A DNA stretch of 64,000 nucleotides from an uncultured bacterium (GTDB taxonomy: Bacteria > Babelota > Babeliae > Babelales > Vermiphilaceae). The DNA is taken from contig OY970172.1 in NCBI GenBank assembly GCA_963707655.1, positions 480,001-544,000 on the forward strand, written 5' to 3'. The notes beneath the pieces were generated by a model, which saw only the letters and a list, made by a program, of their open reading frames with translations, was not told the origin of the DNA and ran no database searches. Both the position numbers and the translations under genes were made by a program. Below are positions 30,205-41,004 of the stretch, in pieces; position 1 is the first letter of the stretch; the number at the start of each line of letters is the position of its first letter.

Positions 30205-30783
30205 ATGATCAAAACAATACTGAGTGTATTGCTCTTGTCCAATTCTCTTTTGGGCATGGATACTACACTAGATACAACAAAAAAACTTTGCGCGGTCCTT
30301 GACCGAAAAGATTTTATTTCTTCCTCCACGGCATTTGCCTTGCACGTTCAAACGCTGCAAAAACAGTATGAAGAACACGTGAGTTTATGCCCGCTGGTAG
30401 AAAAATATTTTCAGCATATACGCGACGAGCAGGAATCGTCTGCAGAATATAAAAACAACACAGAGCTCATACGGCAACAGTTTCGCAGCGAACCATTTCA
30501 ACAATGGCAAACGATTATTTTTGGTGTACTACAACAGATACAACGGGAAGAATACACGCAAGAACAAGTATCTGCCATAGTCGCAAAACTTGATGAAAAA
30601 CAGATCAGAACCGGATACCACTATACGTTATTTTTTTCCGGTAAAAAATCGGAAGATTACATCAAGTGCGTAGGGGCAAGCATGAACGCCGCCGACCCGT
30701 CACACTGGTTCGATTGCCAACAATTCACGATTGCAAAAACCGAGACCAAAGGCTGTGGCAACAGACTAATCAATATTATGTAA
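30205..30783 (+). CDS. Secreted hypothetical protein
   Basis: Signal peptide ending LLG-MDT. Confidence 0.65.
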   Translation: MIKTILSVLLLSNSLLGMDTTLDTTKKLCAVLDRKDFISSSTAFALHVQTLQKQYEEHVSLCPLVEKYFQHIRDEQESSAEYKNNTELIRQQFRSEPFQQWQTIIFGVLQQIQREEYTQEQVSAIVAKLDEKQIRTGYHYTLFFSGKKSEDYIKCVGASMNAADPSHWFDCQQFTIAKTETKGCGNRLINIM

Positions 30784-30914
30784 CATACGTTCATGATGAA
30801 TGGAATCCCCATAGATTGCGATCATGCAATATTCTGTTGTGTAAAGCATTTATTTTTTAAGTGCACACAGTATATGATGATCAACGTTAGTAACTAAAAA
30901 AGCATGGGGTACTC

Positions 30915-32933
30915 ATGAAAAAAATTAATTTATTTTTTATTATATATACAGCAGCTCTGTGGTGCGCAGAGGTGCCATTATTGAGTCCAGATTTTATTTC
31001 GACCGCGACGTTTGAAAAGCTATTGGCGAAAAAAGAAAAAACGGCAGAAGATTATCTGGATATCGCCGCCATCGCCTATCAAATCCCCGAGGCAGAAAAT
31101 CTGCTTGTCGCCCGTGCAGCGCAAGATCCACAAATATATAAATCTTTGCTCCTATCGACTGCAGGCAGGCGAGATTTTAAAAAACTTGCTTTGTATGCTG
31201 AAAAAGCTATTGAACAAGGAATAATTGAAGGATACTATTACGCAGCATGCGCCAGGATCAGGCTGGGAGATAAATCAAGTCCTCAAGTTCAAGCATATTT
31301 GGATAAAGCAGCTTTTCAGAAAAATGATACGCAAGATGAAGCAAAGTTACTATTGGCACATATCGCTTTTGGGGCAGGAGCCATGGATCAGGTATCACCT
31401 TTGCTTAAAGAATTAGATGCAAAAAATATAGGCGCTGCCTCACTGATGCTTGGTTATGAGTATTTGCTTCATTCGCGCAATTACACCGATAAGAATAATA
31501 CCCGAAAAGCATATGACTATTTCATGAGAGCGATAAAGGGAAAAGCACTGCCGGCTGATATGTATACTGATACCCCGGGCAATGATGCTAAAACAATGGC
31601 CTCTATAGCTCTGGGAATGATGTGGGAATTAAATAAAGTTCCCCAAGACAGGCGAACGAGCCATGAAAACCACTTTGAAAAGGCGTATCAATATTATAAG
31701 CAAGCAAATAATACTGGTGGATTAGTCAGCATGGCGCGCTTGGTATGGACCGGAAAACGACAGGACCCGGCCATGAGTCTTGCACAAGCAATAGAAATTT
31801 TTAAACATGCTGTCAAAAAATCGCCCCTAGCAGCATTTTTCTACGCTACTATTTTGCTCGAAGAAGAAAAACCCTATGAAGCGGTACACATCTTACAAGA
31901 AGCGCTTGCTGATAAAACTCATCGAGAAGCGCTTACAATGCTGCAGTTGGGCATTGCTTACTACTTTGGACTGGGAGTAGATCAAAATAAGGAGAAGGCA
32001 CAGGAATTATTTGATGCTATCAATGGAATGAACTTTGACGATGGTGGCTTTAAGGATGTCTATCTTGCGCAAAGCTACATCTATTTTTTTGGGTTGGGAG
32101 TAGATCAAGACAAGCAAAAAGCGGTTGAGCTCATGAAGAAGGCAGATGACGAAACAAGCACAGATTTTATAATGGCTCCTACCAACATATTATTTCCTGC
32201 ATTTGAACGATCGATGACAGAATATCAAGAGCAGACATTAAAAAACAAGCAAGATGAATTGTTAGCAGATATTTTGCGGGAAAAAGCAACAACGAGGCAG
32301 CCTCGCGGGAAAAATAAGAGTAAGCGCAAAGATCTTGCGCCAAAAAATGAGGCAAGTCCTGTTGCATCATCAAGCAGCTCATCTGTACCGGTTTCTATCG
32401 CGCAAGAACCAGAATTTTCTGCTATTGGCAAACCTGAACAATGGCAAGAATGGTATGGAAAGGCCGAAGATGGCAGTTTTGTAAGCGCTACTAACAGCGC
32501 CGCTCAGACTATTACTATTGATTCTCCGGCACACGCAGAACAGCTGATCTTTTTTAATGTAAAAGATCCATTCAAAAAATATCGCATAGTAAAGCAGTTT
32601 CAACATCATCCCCGCATAGCAGATCGTTCCGGCAAAGGGCCAGTGGCTGTTGATGCAACAACCGCGCACAATCACAATTTTGCACGCATGCTCGATTATG
32701 TTATGCAGGAATTTGGTCGCTATGTGCCTTTTTTAAAATCTAACCAAGATAAAACCGAAACACTCGTAGCTGATGTTATTAGAAAAAGCAGTAACGGCAC
32801 AGAAGTTGCCTGTAAGGCGGAATATGGATTTGGTCAGGATGCAAAGAACAATGTATATGTATACCATCGTTTATTGCGCCCGTTCAAAAATCAAAAACAA
32901 GAACTTGCTCGCCTGCATGCACTAATGAAATGA
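30915..32933 (+). CDS. Secreted SEL1/TPR-repeat protein with a conserved C-terminal putative catalytic domain
   Basis: LGIAYYFGLGVDQNKEKA SEL1 repeats; basic and Ser-rich linker; HHPRI, HNF...DYV, EYG and YHR motifs. Confidence 0.85.
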   Translation: MKKINLFFIIYTAALWCAEVPLLSPDFISTATFEKLLAKKEKTAEDYLDIAAIAYQIPEAENLLVARAAQDPQIYKSLLLSTAGRRDFKKLALYAEKAIEQGIIEGYYYAACARIRLGDKSSPQVQAYLDKAAFQKNDTQDEAKLLLAHIAFGAGAMDQVSPLLKELDAKNIGAASLMLGYEYLLHSRNYTDKNNTRKAYDYFMRAIKGKALPADMYTDTPGNDAKTMASIALGMMWELNKVPQDRRTSHENHFEKAYQYYKQANNTGGLVSMARLVWTGKRQDPAMSLAQAIEIFKHAVKKSPLAAFFYATILLEEEKPYEAVHILQEALADKTHREALTMLQLGIAYYFGLGVDQNKEKAQELFDAINGMNFDDGGFKDVYLAQSYIYFFGLGVDQDKQKAVELMKKADDETSTDFIMAPTNILFPAFERSMTEYQEQTLKNKQDELLADILREKATTRQPRGKNKSKRKDLAPKNEASPVASSSSSSVPVSIAQEPEFSAIGKPEQWQEWYGKAEDGSFVSATNSAAQTITIDSPAHAEQLIFFNVKDPFKKYRIVKQFQHHPRIADRSGKGPVAVDATTAHNHNFARMLDYVMQEFGRYVPFLKSNQDKTETLVADVIRKSSNGTEVACKAEYGFGQDAKNNVYVYHRLLRPFKNQKQELARLHALMK

Positions 32934-33050
32934 GTTATCTGATAATGAGATCAACATGAGTGCGCTATCACACGACTACGATCAGTTATTTTTTTAAGTA
33001 CACACGGTATATAATTGTCAAAGCTAGCCGATTAAAAACCTGGAGTACCT

Positions 33051-35096
33051 ATGAAACAAATCGGTTTATTTTTTATTGCCTATACAGCAGCACTCTTGTG
33101 TGCAGAGGCGCCATTGGTGCAGACAGAGCTTATTTCAACCATGATGTTTGAACAACTATTGGGGAAAAAAGAAAAGACGGCACAAGATTATCAAGAGATC
33201 TCAAGCTATGTCTATGAAACCCCGGAGGCAGAAAAGTTTGTTGATATCTATGCAGCGCAAGACCCACAATTATATACATCGTTACTCGCACTGACTGAAG
33301 AAAAACAAGACTTTCAAAAACTTGCTCTCTACGCGGAACAAGCAATTGAAAAAGGAATAACTGAAGGCTACTATTACGCGACTCACGCCAATCTGTGGCA
33401 ACATACACTAGGCTCTACAACCATACAGACATACCTAAATAAGGCAGCTTACGAGAAAAACTGTAAGCAAGATGAAGCAAAGTTATTATTGGCATATATA
33501 CTTAACCTGCAAGGCAGAACCCACAAGGCACTCCCTCTTATGAAGGAACTAGATGCAAAAAACATAAGTTTTGCCTCATCAATGTTGGGTGATCATTATG
33601 TGCTGCATTCACGCAATTACTCTGATCAGGTTAATACTCGAAAAGCATACGATTGCTTCACCAGGGCATTAAAGGGAAAAGTGTTTCCCTTAGACAATAG
33701 CTTAAACGGCTGTGACAGTCGTACTGTTGCTTGCGTAGCCCTAGGATCTATGTGGGAAGCAAATAAAGTGCCTCAGGATGCACGGGGAGCTCATGAAAAC
33801 TATCTGGAAAAAGCTTACCAATATTATAAACAAGCAAGTACTTCTACGGGCAAAACGCATATGGCCCGCTTGGTATGGATCGGAAAAATACAAGATCCCG
33901 CAATGAGTTCTGCTGATGCGGTAGAAGTTTTTAAAAATGAGGCTCAAAAATACAATTTAGCATCATTTTTGTACGCCACTATTTTATTTGAACAAGAAAA
34001 ACCACAAGAAGCGATACAAATATTGCAAAAAAGTGACACTGATGCAAGTCCCCTTGCAATGATGCAGTTAGGAATTGCTTGTTACTTTGGGTTGGGAATT
34101 GACCAAGACTTTGCAAGTGCAAAAAAAATATTTGATATTATTAATAAAATGAACTTTGAAATTGGGATCAAAGATGTTTACCTGGCGCAAAGCTATATCC
34201 ATTTTTTTGGGTTGGGTGTTGATCAAAACAAGCAAAAAGCGCTCAGTTTAATGAACAAGGTAAATGACGAGGCAAGCTTAAGCCTTATAATGGTTCCTGC
34301 CAACATATTATTTCCTGCATTCGATCAAGCAATTGCAGAGTATAAAGAAGAATTAGCCGAAAATGAACAAGCATTAAAAAATAGGCAAGATGCGCTTTTA
34401 GCGGAGCTTTCACGAGAAAAATCTTCAAGACAAGCGCAGCGAGGAAAAAAGACACCGTATAAGCGCACAAATCTTCTGCCAAAAAAGCCGGCACATCCTG
34501 TTGCAACATCAAGCGAGCCATTTTTACCCGCTGCAATGGCACAAAAACCGGAATTCTCTGCCATTGGGGAACCAAAGGACTGGCACGAATGGTATGGCTC
34601 GGCAGAAGATGGTAGCTTTGTAAGCGCGACTAATAGTACTGCTCAGGCTATTACCATTGATTCCCCGGCACATGCAGAACAACTGATCTTTTTTAATCAG
34701 AAAGATCCTCTAAAAAAATATCGCATAGTAAAATCATTTCAACACCATCCACGCATAGCGGATCGCTCTGGAGAAGGCGCAGATCCTGTTGATGCAGCAA
34801 CTGCGCACGATCACAATTTTGCACGCATGCTTGACTATGTTATGCAAGAGTTTGGTCGCTATGTGCCTTTGTTAAAATCGAATGCGGATAAAAAAGAGAC
34901 ACTCGTAGCCGATGTTATTAGAAGAAGTAATAATGGCACAGAAGTTGCCTGCCGATCGGAATATGGGCTTGGGCAGAACCCCGATAATACTATGTATGTG
35001 TATCACCGCTTATTGCGTCGATTGAAAAACCAAAAACAAGAGCTTGCTCGCCTGCATGCAATAATGAACGCTTCCGGCAACAAGATTAATAAATAA
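33051..35096 (+). CDS. Secreted SEL1/TPR-repeat protein, tandem paralog
   Basis: Colinear with the 30915 gene; C-terminal domain most conserved. Confidence 0.85.
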   Translation: MKQIGLFFIAYTAALLCAEAPLVQTELISTMMFEQLLGKKEKTAQDYQEISSYVYETPEAEKFVDIYAAQDPQLYTSLLALTEEKQDFQKLALYAEQAIEKGITEGYYYATHANLWQHTLGSTTIQTYLNKAAYEKNCKQDEAKLLLAYILNLQGRTHKALPLMKELDAKNISFASSMLGDHYVLHSRNYSDQVNTRKAYDCFTRALKGKVFPLDNSLNGCDSRTVACVALGSMWEANKVPQDARGAHENYLEKAYQYYKQASTSTGKTHMARLVWIGKIQDPAMSSADAVEVFKNEAQKYNLASFLYATILFEQEKPQEAIQILQKSDTDASPLAMMQLGIACYFGLGIDQDFASAKKIFDIINKMNFEIGIKDVYLAQSYIHFFGLGVDQNKQKALSLMNKVNDEASLSLIMVPANILFPAFDQAIAEYKEELAENEQALKNRQDALLAELSREKSSRQAQRGKKTPYKRTNLLPKKPAHPVATSSEPFLPAAMAQKPEFSAIGEPKDWHEWYGSAEDGSFVSATNSTAQAITIDSPAHAEQLIFFNQKDPLKKYRIVKSFQHHPRIADRSGEGADPVDAATAHDHNFARMLDYVMQEFGRYVPLLKSNADKKETLVADVIRRSNNGTEVACRSEYGLGQNPDNTMYVYHRLLRRLKNQKQELARLHAIMNASGNKINK

Positions 35097-35115
35097 TATT
35101 TAACGCTTACAAAAT

Positions 35116-35158
35116 AAAACACCGCACGATTTCGAGTCATGCGGTGTTTTATTTTTTT
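35116..35158. terminator. Bidirectional terminator
   Basis: AAAACACCGCA...TGCGGTGTTTT between convergent genes. Confidence 0.8.
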
Positions 35159-35182
35159 AAGATAAAGCATGCGCTCAAGGAG

Positions 35183-35686
35183 TTACTTGGCCACGCTCAC
35201 TTTTGCCGGTCGCAAAACAGTATCTTTGAACATAAATCCTTTTTGCAGGACCTGTACAATATCACCTGACTTATGTTCCGATGAATCAACATGCATGAGC
35301 GCTTCATGTTTTTCCGGATCAAAGACATGCTGATCTTTCATGGGAGAAACACCATATTTAGCTAACATTTTGTGCAATTCTTTTTCAATAAGCTCGCATC
35401 CTGACAGAAGAGCAGACGGGGTTTGCCCTTCTTTTTTTCCCGCCTCAAGCGCACGGTCAAAATCGTCAACAATGGCAAGTAAATCAGTCAAGATGGCGCT
35501 TTGCGCACTATTCATCCATGAATATTTTTCTTTTTCCATTCTGCGTTTATAATTCTCAAAATCTGAGCCTAAGCGAGCATATTTCTCTTTAAAATTATTG
35601 AGCTCGGTTACACATGAATCAAGTTCCTGATTATTCGTTTGCTCATTCATAGCTGATGCATTGTGCTGATTATTGTTTTCATCCAT
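35183..35686 (-). CDS. grpE: Nucleotide exchange factor GrpE
   Basis: DFENYKRR, DDFDRAL, FDPEKHEA, QKGF...VLRPAKVSV. Confidence 0.95.
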   Translation of the reverse strand: MDENNNQHNASAMNEQTNNQELDSCVTELNNFKEKYARLGSDFENYKRRMEKEKYSWMNSAQSAILTDLLAIVDDFDRALEAGKKEGQTPSALLSGCELIEKELHKMLAKYGVSPMKDQHVFDPEKHEALMHVDSSEHKSGDIVQVLQKGFMFKDTVLRPAKVSVAK

Positions 35687-35755
35687 TTTAATTGATCCTC
35701 ATCTAGAAGAAATAAGTTTTTTATACTGCTCAGTATAGCAAAAGTTTCATTTTTT

Positions 35756-36304
35756 TTAAACGGTATCAGCGTGCGGCGCTGTCGCCGGATACGTAATGGT
35801 TGTTCCCTTGACCACGGCCCATGGAGTAAGGGTATGCGGCCTGCTCTCTGTCATGCTAAAAATATCATTCACTGTTCCTCCCCGCACCAGTAAAGCATCC
35901 CCGACCAATGATCGATGGCACCGCCAGGGTACCGCCTCGGCACACATAATGACAACGGTTTTTTCATGTGCGGTTTTAACTAATTCATCAATACCTTCTT
36001 GAAACTCTTTCGTTTGCATGTAATCGGCATAGCCACGAAACGAAGCATTGCGCCATGCCATATTAATTGAATCGGCATGCGCATGACGCAAGCCACCCAA
36101 ATTTTTTTGATGACGATAGCCAATGTGATGCGATCGTAGCACCTGTGCCAATTCGGGACCATTGAATTGTGGATTGTGGCGCGATTTGGCAATGGTGCGT
36201 ATATCAACCAGTTCATTAATATGATAATGCTTGAGCAATGCAACAAAATCTTCTATTGGTCTTGTTGAGTGTCCCACCGTAAAAACAACAAAATTGGTAT
36301 GCAT
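35756..36304 (-). CDS. DUF488 family protein
   Basis: TVGHSTR, LVDIR..SRHNPQF, MCAEAVPWRCHR. Confidence 0.9.
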   Translation of the reverse strand: MHTNFVVFTVGHSTRPIEDFVALLKHYHINELVDIRTIAKSRHNPQFNGPELAQVLRSHHIGYRHQKNLGGLRHAHADSINMAWRNASFRGYADYMQTKEFQEGIDELVKTAHEKTVVIMCAEAVPWRCHRSLVGDALLVRGGTVNDIFSMTESRPHTLTPWAVVKGTTITYPATAPHADTV

Positions 36305-36407
36305 TACATTTCTCTCTTTTTTATTACTTCTCTTTTTATCTTTTTTTTTCTATAAGTAGAATAATGCTACTCATCTATTATGATTGTAGATTAAAAAGGA
36401 TCTATTA

Positions 36408-37709
36408 ATGAAGAAATCTATCGCGTTGCGCAGTCTTTTAATGCTTTGTTTTGTTTTTATACAAAGCATTTTCCCCATCGACAACCACCACTTTTATCGA
36501 GCAAGTAATTTTTTTTCTGTCTATGAAGAGCCCCGCTTTGAAGAGTGCTGGCTCAGCTCGTTTGATTTTACCATAGGAGCCGGTTCAACGCACCATAGCA
36601 AAATTGGTGGCAACTGCTGCAATGAAAAATGCACCCCGCTGCTCGACCTGTGTGGATTATACGATATGCAGGCGCTGGGCTATAATTTGCCTAATAAGAG
36701 TATAACCAACCCTGTTGATCTTGCCTTGATAAATCTTTCTCTTATACCTGAGCGACCAGATTTTGCCACTCTTTCATATCATGGCCAGTTCAATATTATA
36801 GAAGCAAATTTTTTCTTTACGCAAAACTTTGGCGACGGCATGTTTTTCCAAATGCATATTCCCGTGCGACACATGAGAATACATGACATCTATTTTGACG
36901 ATCTTTCACCCAATGATTCTGTGTACCCCAACGTTAATACACCGCAATGGCAGACATTTCTAGCATTGTATCCAACTGCTTTTGCTCAACGATTCGATCT
37001 CAATTTATGCGGCATGGATGAAACCGGTATCGGTGATTTGAGCCTGCTTTTGGGCTGGGCACGCAATTATGAAAATACCGAGACCCTTGATTTTGTTGAC
37101 TTCACGCTACGATTCGGCGTATTGGTCCCCACAGGAAGAAAAGCCAATATCAACTCCCCATTCTCATTACCTTTTGGGTACAACGGCCATGTAGGCATTC
37201 CCATAACTTTTGATGTTGCTCTGGGCTCATACGACTGGCTCACCATAGGATTACATTTGGGCGCAATGCCATTTGCCCACACAGAACAAAACATACGAGT
37301 CAAAACATCAGTACAACAAACGGGTCTCATCAGGCTCGACATTATTCGTGCCAAAATACATGGCGGCGTGTTGTGGGATGCGGTTGGGTATGTCAAAGCA
37401 GATCATGTGTGCGGGGGTCTTTCTCTGTTAGCGGGATATACGTATGCGCACAAACAGGGCAATACATTCAGACAACAATGTGAGAATGGCATAAACCCCA
37501 TTGTTAACTGTTTTGCCGAATGCGACCTGACAAATTCGGCATGGAACATGCAGACGGTAAATCTTCTGATCGAATATGATTTCCTGCGCGATTGTTCCGT
37601 AACTCCCCGTTTAGGTTTTTTTTATAATCAACCGGTAGGCGGAAAGCATATTTTTAAAACAGCCATGGTAGGCGGTACCGCCGGCATTGATTTTTCAGTT
37701 CAATTTTAA
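36408..37709 (+). CDS. Putative outer-membrane beta-barrel protein
   Basis: Signal peptide, amphipathic beta pattern, GIGDL...PTG motif, terminal Phe (IDFSVQF). Confidence 0.65.
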   Translation: MKKSIALRSLLMLCFVFIQSIFPIDNHHFYRASNFFSVYEEPRFEECWLSSFDFTIGAGSTHHSKIGGNCCNEKCTPLLDLCGLYDMQALGYNLPNKSITNPVDLALINLSLIPERPDFATLSYHGQFNIIEANFFFTQNFGDGMFFQMHIPVRHMRIHDIYFDDLSPNDSVYPNVNTPQWQTFLALYPTAFAQRFDLNLCGMDETGIGDLSLLLGWARNYENTETLDFVDFTLRFGVLVPTGRKANINSPFSLPFGYNGHVGIPITFDVALGSYDWLTIGLHLGAMPFAHTEQNIRVKTSVQQTGLIRLDIIRAKIHGGVLWDAVGYVKADHVCGGLSLLAGYTYAHKQGNTFRQQCENGINPIVNCFAECDLTNSAWNMQTVNLLIEYDFLRDCSVTPRLGFFYNQPVGGKHIFKTAMVGGTAGIDFSVQF

Positions 37710-37724
37710 AAAAGGCTCTTGATC

Positions 37725-40508
37725 ATGAATATAAAAAATAGAGTTATGTTGGGTATAGCTGCATGTTTTCTGATCATTAATAATGAATGGGCAACTACGG
37801 TAATAGAAGGAAACGGCACCCTTCCTTTTTCTTTTAATCAAACAATTAATGCTGCTGCTCTTGATAAAGCAACCGGCGCATTTTATGTTGGCCTTGCCGC
37901 AGGCGGCGGCAATAATGCAATTTCGAAAGCATTGCGCGGCGCCCCCATTTCAAGCCCCTCTTTCAATGGTATTGCAACCGATCCGGCAGTAAATAATCAG
38001 CCGATTGAAATGCTGACCATGAGCACAAGTACGGGAAACACCAATCCTAATATCGCCCTAGTTATAGAAAATGGTGTAACACCGTTCACGCAGACCATTG
38101 TTACCATCATGAATAATACGGGAAGTCCAACGCAACAGAGTAGCAGCCTGCTTGATGCAAGCGGCACGCTCAACAATAATGGTTCCGTGACATCAGGCAT
38201 TGTAGACTTGGCTGCCAGTGCCGCATATATTTTTGCAGCAGTGCGCCCATCGTCCACCTCTCCTAGTTTTAATGATTTTGGGGATACTAACAGCGGTATT
38301 GCAGTTGTCGGCATTAATCAATCAAATCTTGCCCTTATGCAAACTGAAGCGCAGCCGGGAGACGTAGGAATAAAAGCGGCAAAACTTGATCCCTCATCAA
38401 CACAAGTCGGCACACCAACACCAACCATTACGCCAAATCAGGCGGTCATGCTCTGGGACGATCAGTTACAAAGATTATACATTGGCCTCAGTGTTACGAG
38501 CGGTGGAACAGCGACCGATACGGCAAATTCTATTGTAGTCGGCTCTATTGACGACGGAACATTAACACTAGAAAATTTTTTCCCCGATTCAACACTCACA
38601 CCAGGCGACACCACAAAAATTGTGGGAGTAGAGGGAACAGACGAAACGGTCAGCGCACAAACTATACAAATAATGCACACCAGCACCGGCCCTTCGTATC
38701 TGATTTTAAATGGTGGCAATGGTGAAGATATCGATACCAACAATACCATATTTGCTCTGCCACTGGTTGATAGCGATAACCCTCTGAACGCGAGCCAAGG
38801 GTTGCTTGCAGACAAGACGCTTTTTAATAGCACCACTCATACTTTCCAAACACCGGTAACTACCAACGCGGGTCTTACTAATAGCACCGATGCGGCAGCG
38901 CAAGTAGGCGCGGGACCATTGCCAATTCAAACCACAACCCCAATATCTCAGTTGCTTGTTGCCGGCGATACGGTATATGCATCTCTTGGACAACAAGCAA
39001 ATACGCTCAATGATGCGGGTATTTTTTATTCACAAGCACTCTTTAATAATGTAGGACAAGTTATTAATTGGACCCCATGGACAAAGCGAGTTGCTCCTTT
39101 TAATAGCTTTCCCGATGCGGTACCGCAAGGACAAATCGCCTTTTTTGGTGTTGATGCGAATAATGGAGCAATATGGATGGTGAACGATACCAATAATCAG
39201 ACGGTGCGTGTTACTACATGGGATGAAGGAAGCAGCAATTCTTTGCCCTCAACTCTTAACATTGCTTTGCAAAGCGGTTGCTACAGCGTACTTGACCTCG
39301 ACCAGTCCACCGCAGGATTTGCCGGTGCAACAACAAGCCGTTACGCGTTGTTTGGCGGTGCGGCAAGAGTAGCATTTACACAAATCAGCCAGGCACAAAC
39401 AGCAACCATAAACAGCCCACAAACAGTAATAACCGATTTTTCCAATGCTGAAAATTTCTTGAATACCGCTTTGCCACAACCGGCAGGAGCCGTTGGTGCG
39501 ATAGAATACACCCGGCAGCCAACCGGAACGGCCAACAACTTTTTCTTTGCCGGAACCGACCGTGGTTTATATGCATTTGCCGATAGCAATGGCAGTGGAT
39601 TTGATGTAGCAGATTTGGGAGATTTAAATGCTGCACCGTTTCTTAGCTATGCGTGGCAAAAAGTTGGCGCCATAAAAGGTTCGGTTATTGATATTAAAAC
39701 AACGGGCAACGCCCTGTATATCATGTCAAACGAACCCAGTTCTTCGCAACCATTCAACTACACTATTTATCGTGTTCCTTTTGCGCCAACATTGAGCGCA
39801 ATGTTCGCCGCTCCCGTTATTATTGCGCAATCAGGAACAACCTCTTTAAGTTCTATTCTTGCCATGTATAACATGCAAATTATTTCAACCGCAGCTAATG
39901 GCAGCACAGAGCAGCTGGTGATCAGTACGAACAATGGCTTATATCAAAGTGCCCGGGTCGGCGGTGTGCAAGCTGCGGTCAGCCAGGCCGATGCAAATTG
40001 GAATTTAGTTGCCACCTCAAACGCGGAGCTGTTTAACGGTATTGGCTTCATAGATAATGCTGCAATTCCTACCACCCCCCCTTCAACAATTTGGCCCTTC
40101 AATCTTGCCGATCCTTCCGGATTTAAAATATACAATGGCGGAGAAACTAATCAGCTTGCCGGCAATAGCGACACTACTCCTTTCAGCTTTGTGCCGACAT
40201 TTTTTAATAGCAACAGTCCTAGTCCCTCATTTGCTACGACACCTCCCATTATTTATTTCTGGTCAGATGGCGCGCGTCGTTTTTTGATAACCCAAAATCT
40301 AGCAAATTTCACTCTTCCTACCACGATACAAAACAATTTGATAACCTTACCTTTTGATTCTACCGCGTGGGGAGCATATTCAGTAGGTGAGCAAGTGGTG
40401 GATAACAGCGTAGTTAATTCTGCCGGCGCATTGTATTGGATACGGCCCATTGGCGCCAGCGGCAGTATACTAATGGGGACAGATTTCGGCGTTGTTGCAT
40501 TTGAGTAA
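37725..40508 (+). CDS. Large secreted beta-rich surface protein
   Basis: Signal peptide; rich in N/T/S/G/A, poor in K/R/E; propeller-like motifs (FFAGTDRGLY, VISTNNGLY, MGTDFGV). Confidence 0.75.
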   Translation: MNIKNRVMLGIAACFLIINNEWATTVIEGNGTLPFSFNQTINAAALDKATGAFYVGLAAGGGNNAISKALRGAPISSPSFNGIATDPAVNNQPIEMLTMSTSTGNTNPNIALVIENGVTPFTQTIVTIMNNTGSPTQQSSSLLDASGTLNNNGSVTSGIVDLAASAAYIFAAVRPSSTSPSFNDFGDTNSGIAVVGINQSNLALMQTEAQPGDVGIKAAKLDPSSTQVGTPTPTITPNQAVMLWDDQLQRLYIGLSVTSGGTATDTANSIVVGSIDDGTLTLENFFPDSTLTPGDTTKIVGVEGTDETVSAQTIQIMHTSTGPSYLILNGGNGEDIDTNNTIFALPLVDSDNPLNASQGLLADKTLFNSTTHTFQTPVTTNAGLTNSTDAAAQVGAGPLPIQTTTPISQLLVAGDTVYASLGQQANTLNDAGIFYSQALFNNVGQVINWTPWTKRVAPFNSFPDAVPQGQIAFFGVDANNGAIWMVNDTNNQTVRVTTWDEGSSNSLPSTLNIALQSGCYSVLDLDQSTAGFAGATTSRYALFGGAARVAFTQISQAQTATINSPQTVITDFSNAENFLNTALPQPAGAVGAIEYTRQPTGTANNFFFAGTDRGLYAFADSNGSGFDVADLGDLNAAPFLSYAWQKVGAIKGSVIDIKTTGNALYIMSNEPSSSQPFNYTIYRVPFAPTLSAMFAAPVIIAQSGTTSLSSILAMYNMQIISTAANGSTEQLVISTNNGLYQSARVGGVQAAVSQADANWNLVATSNAELFNGIGFIDNAAIPTTPPSTIWPFNLADPSGFKIYNGGETNQLAGNSDTTPFSFVPTFFNSNSPSPSFATTPPIIYFWSDGARRFLITQNLANFTLPTTIQNNLITLPFDSTAWGAYSVGEQVVDNSVVNSAGALYWIRPIGASGSILMGTDFGVVAFE

Positions 40509-40527
40509 AACTAAAGGGACATTACCT

Positions 40528-41004
40528 ATGAAATTGATCGCATTGCTCTCATTCATGTGCTTTACTTTGGCCATGGAAGATATATCAGACAGAAATCAAT
40601 ATCTGATACTTGAAAATGAACTCGAAAGAGAAGCGGCTTTAGTTGATACTTGTAGAGATTTTCTCATTGATACTTTACTTATTGAACTGCAAGGTGAACT
40701 ACAAAACGAACAATCAATCGTGCACGAAGTAGAAAACGAAAAGCTCAGAAGAATAGTTAACGCCATCGCTGAAAGAAAACAGCACTGGGGACAATTGCCT
40801 TGCCACCAATTTTTAGACACTTTTAACGTCGTCGATCCAACCATGCCCAAGCCGCAATTATTGACATGCTTCAAAACTATATGCGATCAATACAAACGCA
40901 AAGAACCTTTTATAGATTTGGTGAAAGAAGAATGTATGAAAGAAAAGCCTTTAAGCTTTACACAGCTGCTTGAAAAAAAAGGGGCGCTTACAAAAGATCA
41001 ATAA
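40528..41004 (+). CDS. Secreted hypothetical protein
   Basis: MKLIALLSFMCFTLA-MED; start moved from 40492. Confidence 0.65.
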   Translation: MKLIALLSFMCFTLAMEDISDRNQYLILENELEREAALVDTCRDFLIDTLLIELQGELQNEQSIVHEVENEKLRRIVNAIAERKQHWGQLPCHQFLDTFNVVDPTMPKPQLLTCFKTICDQYKRKEPFIDLVKEECMKEKPLSFTQLLEKKGALTKDQ

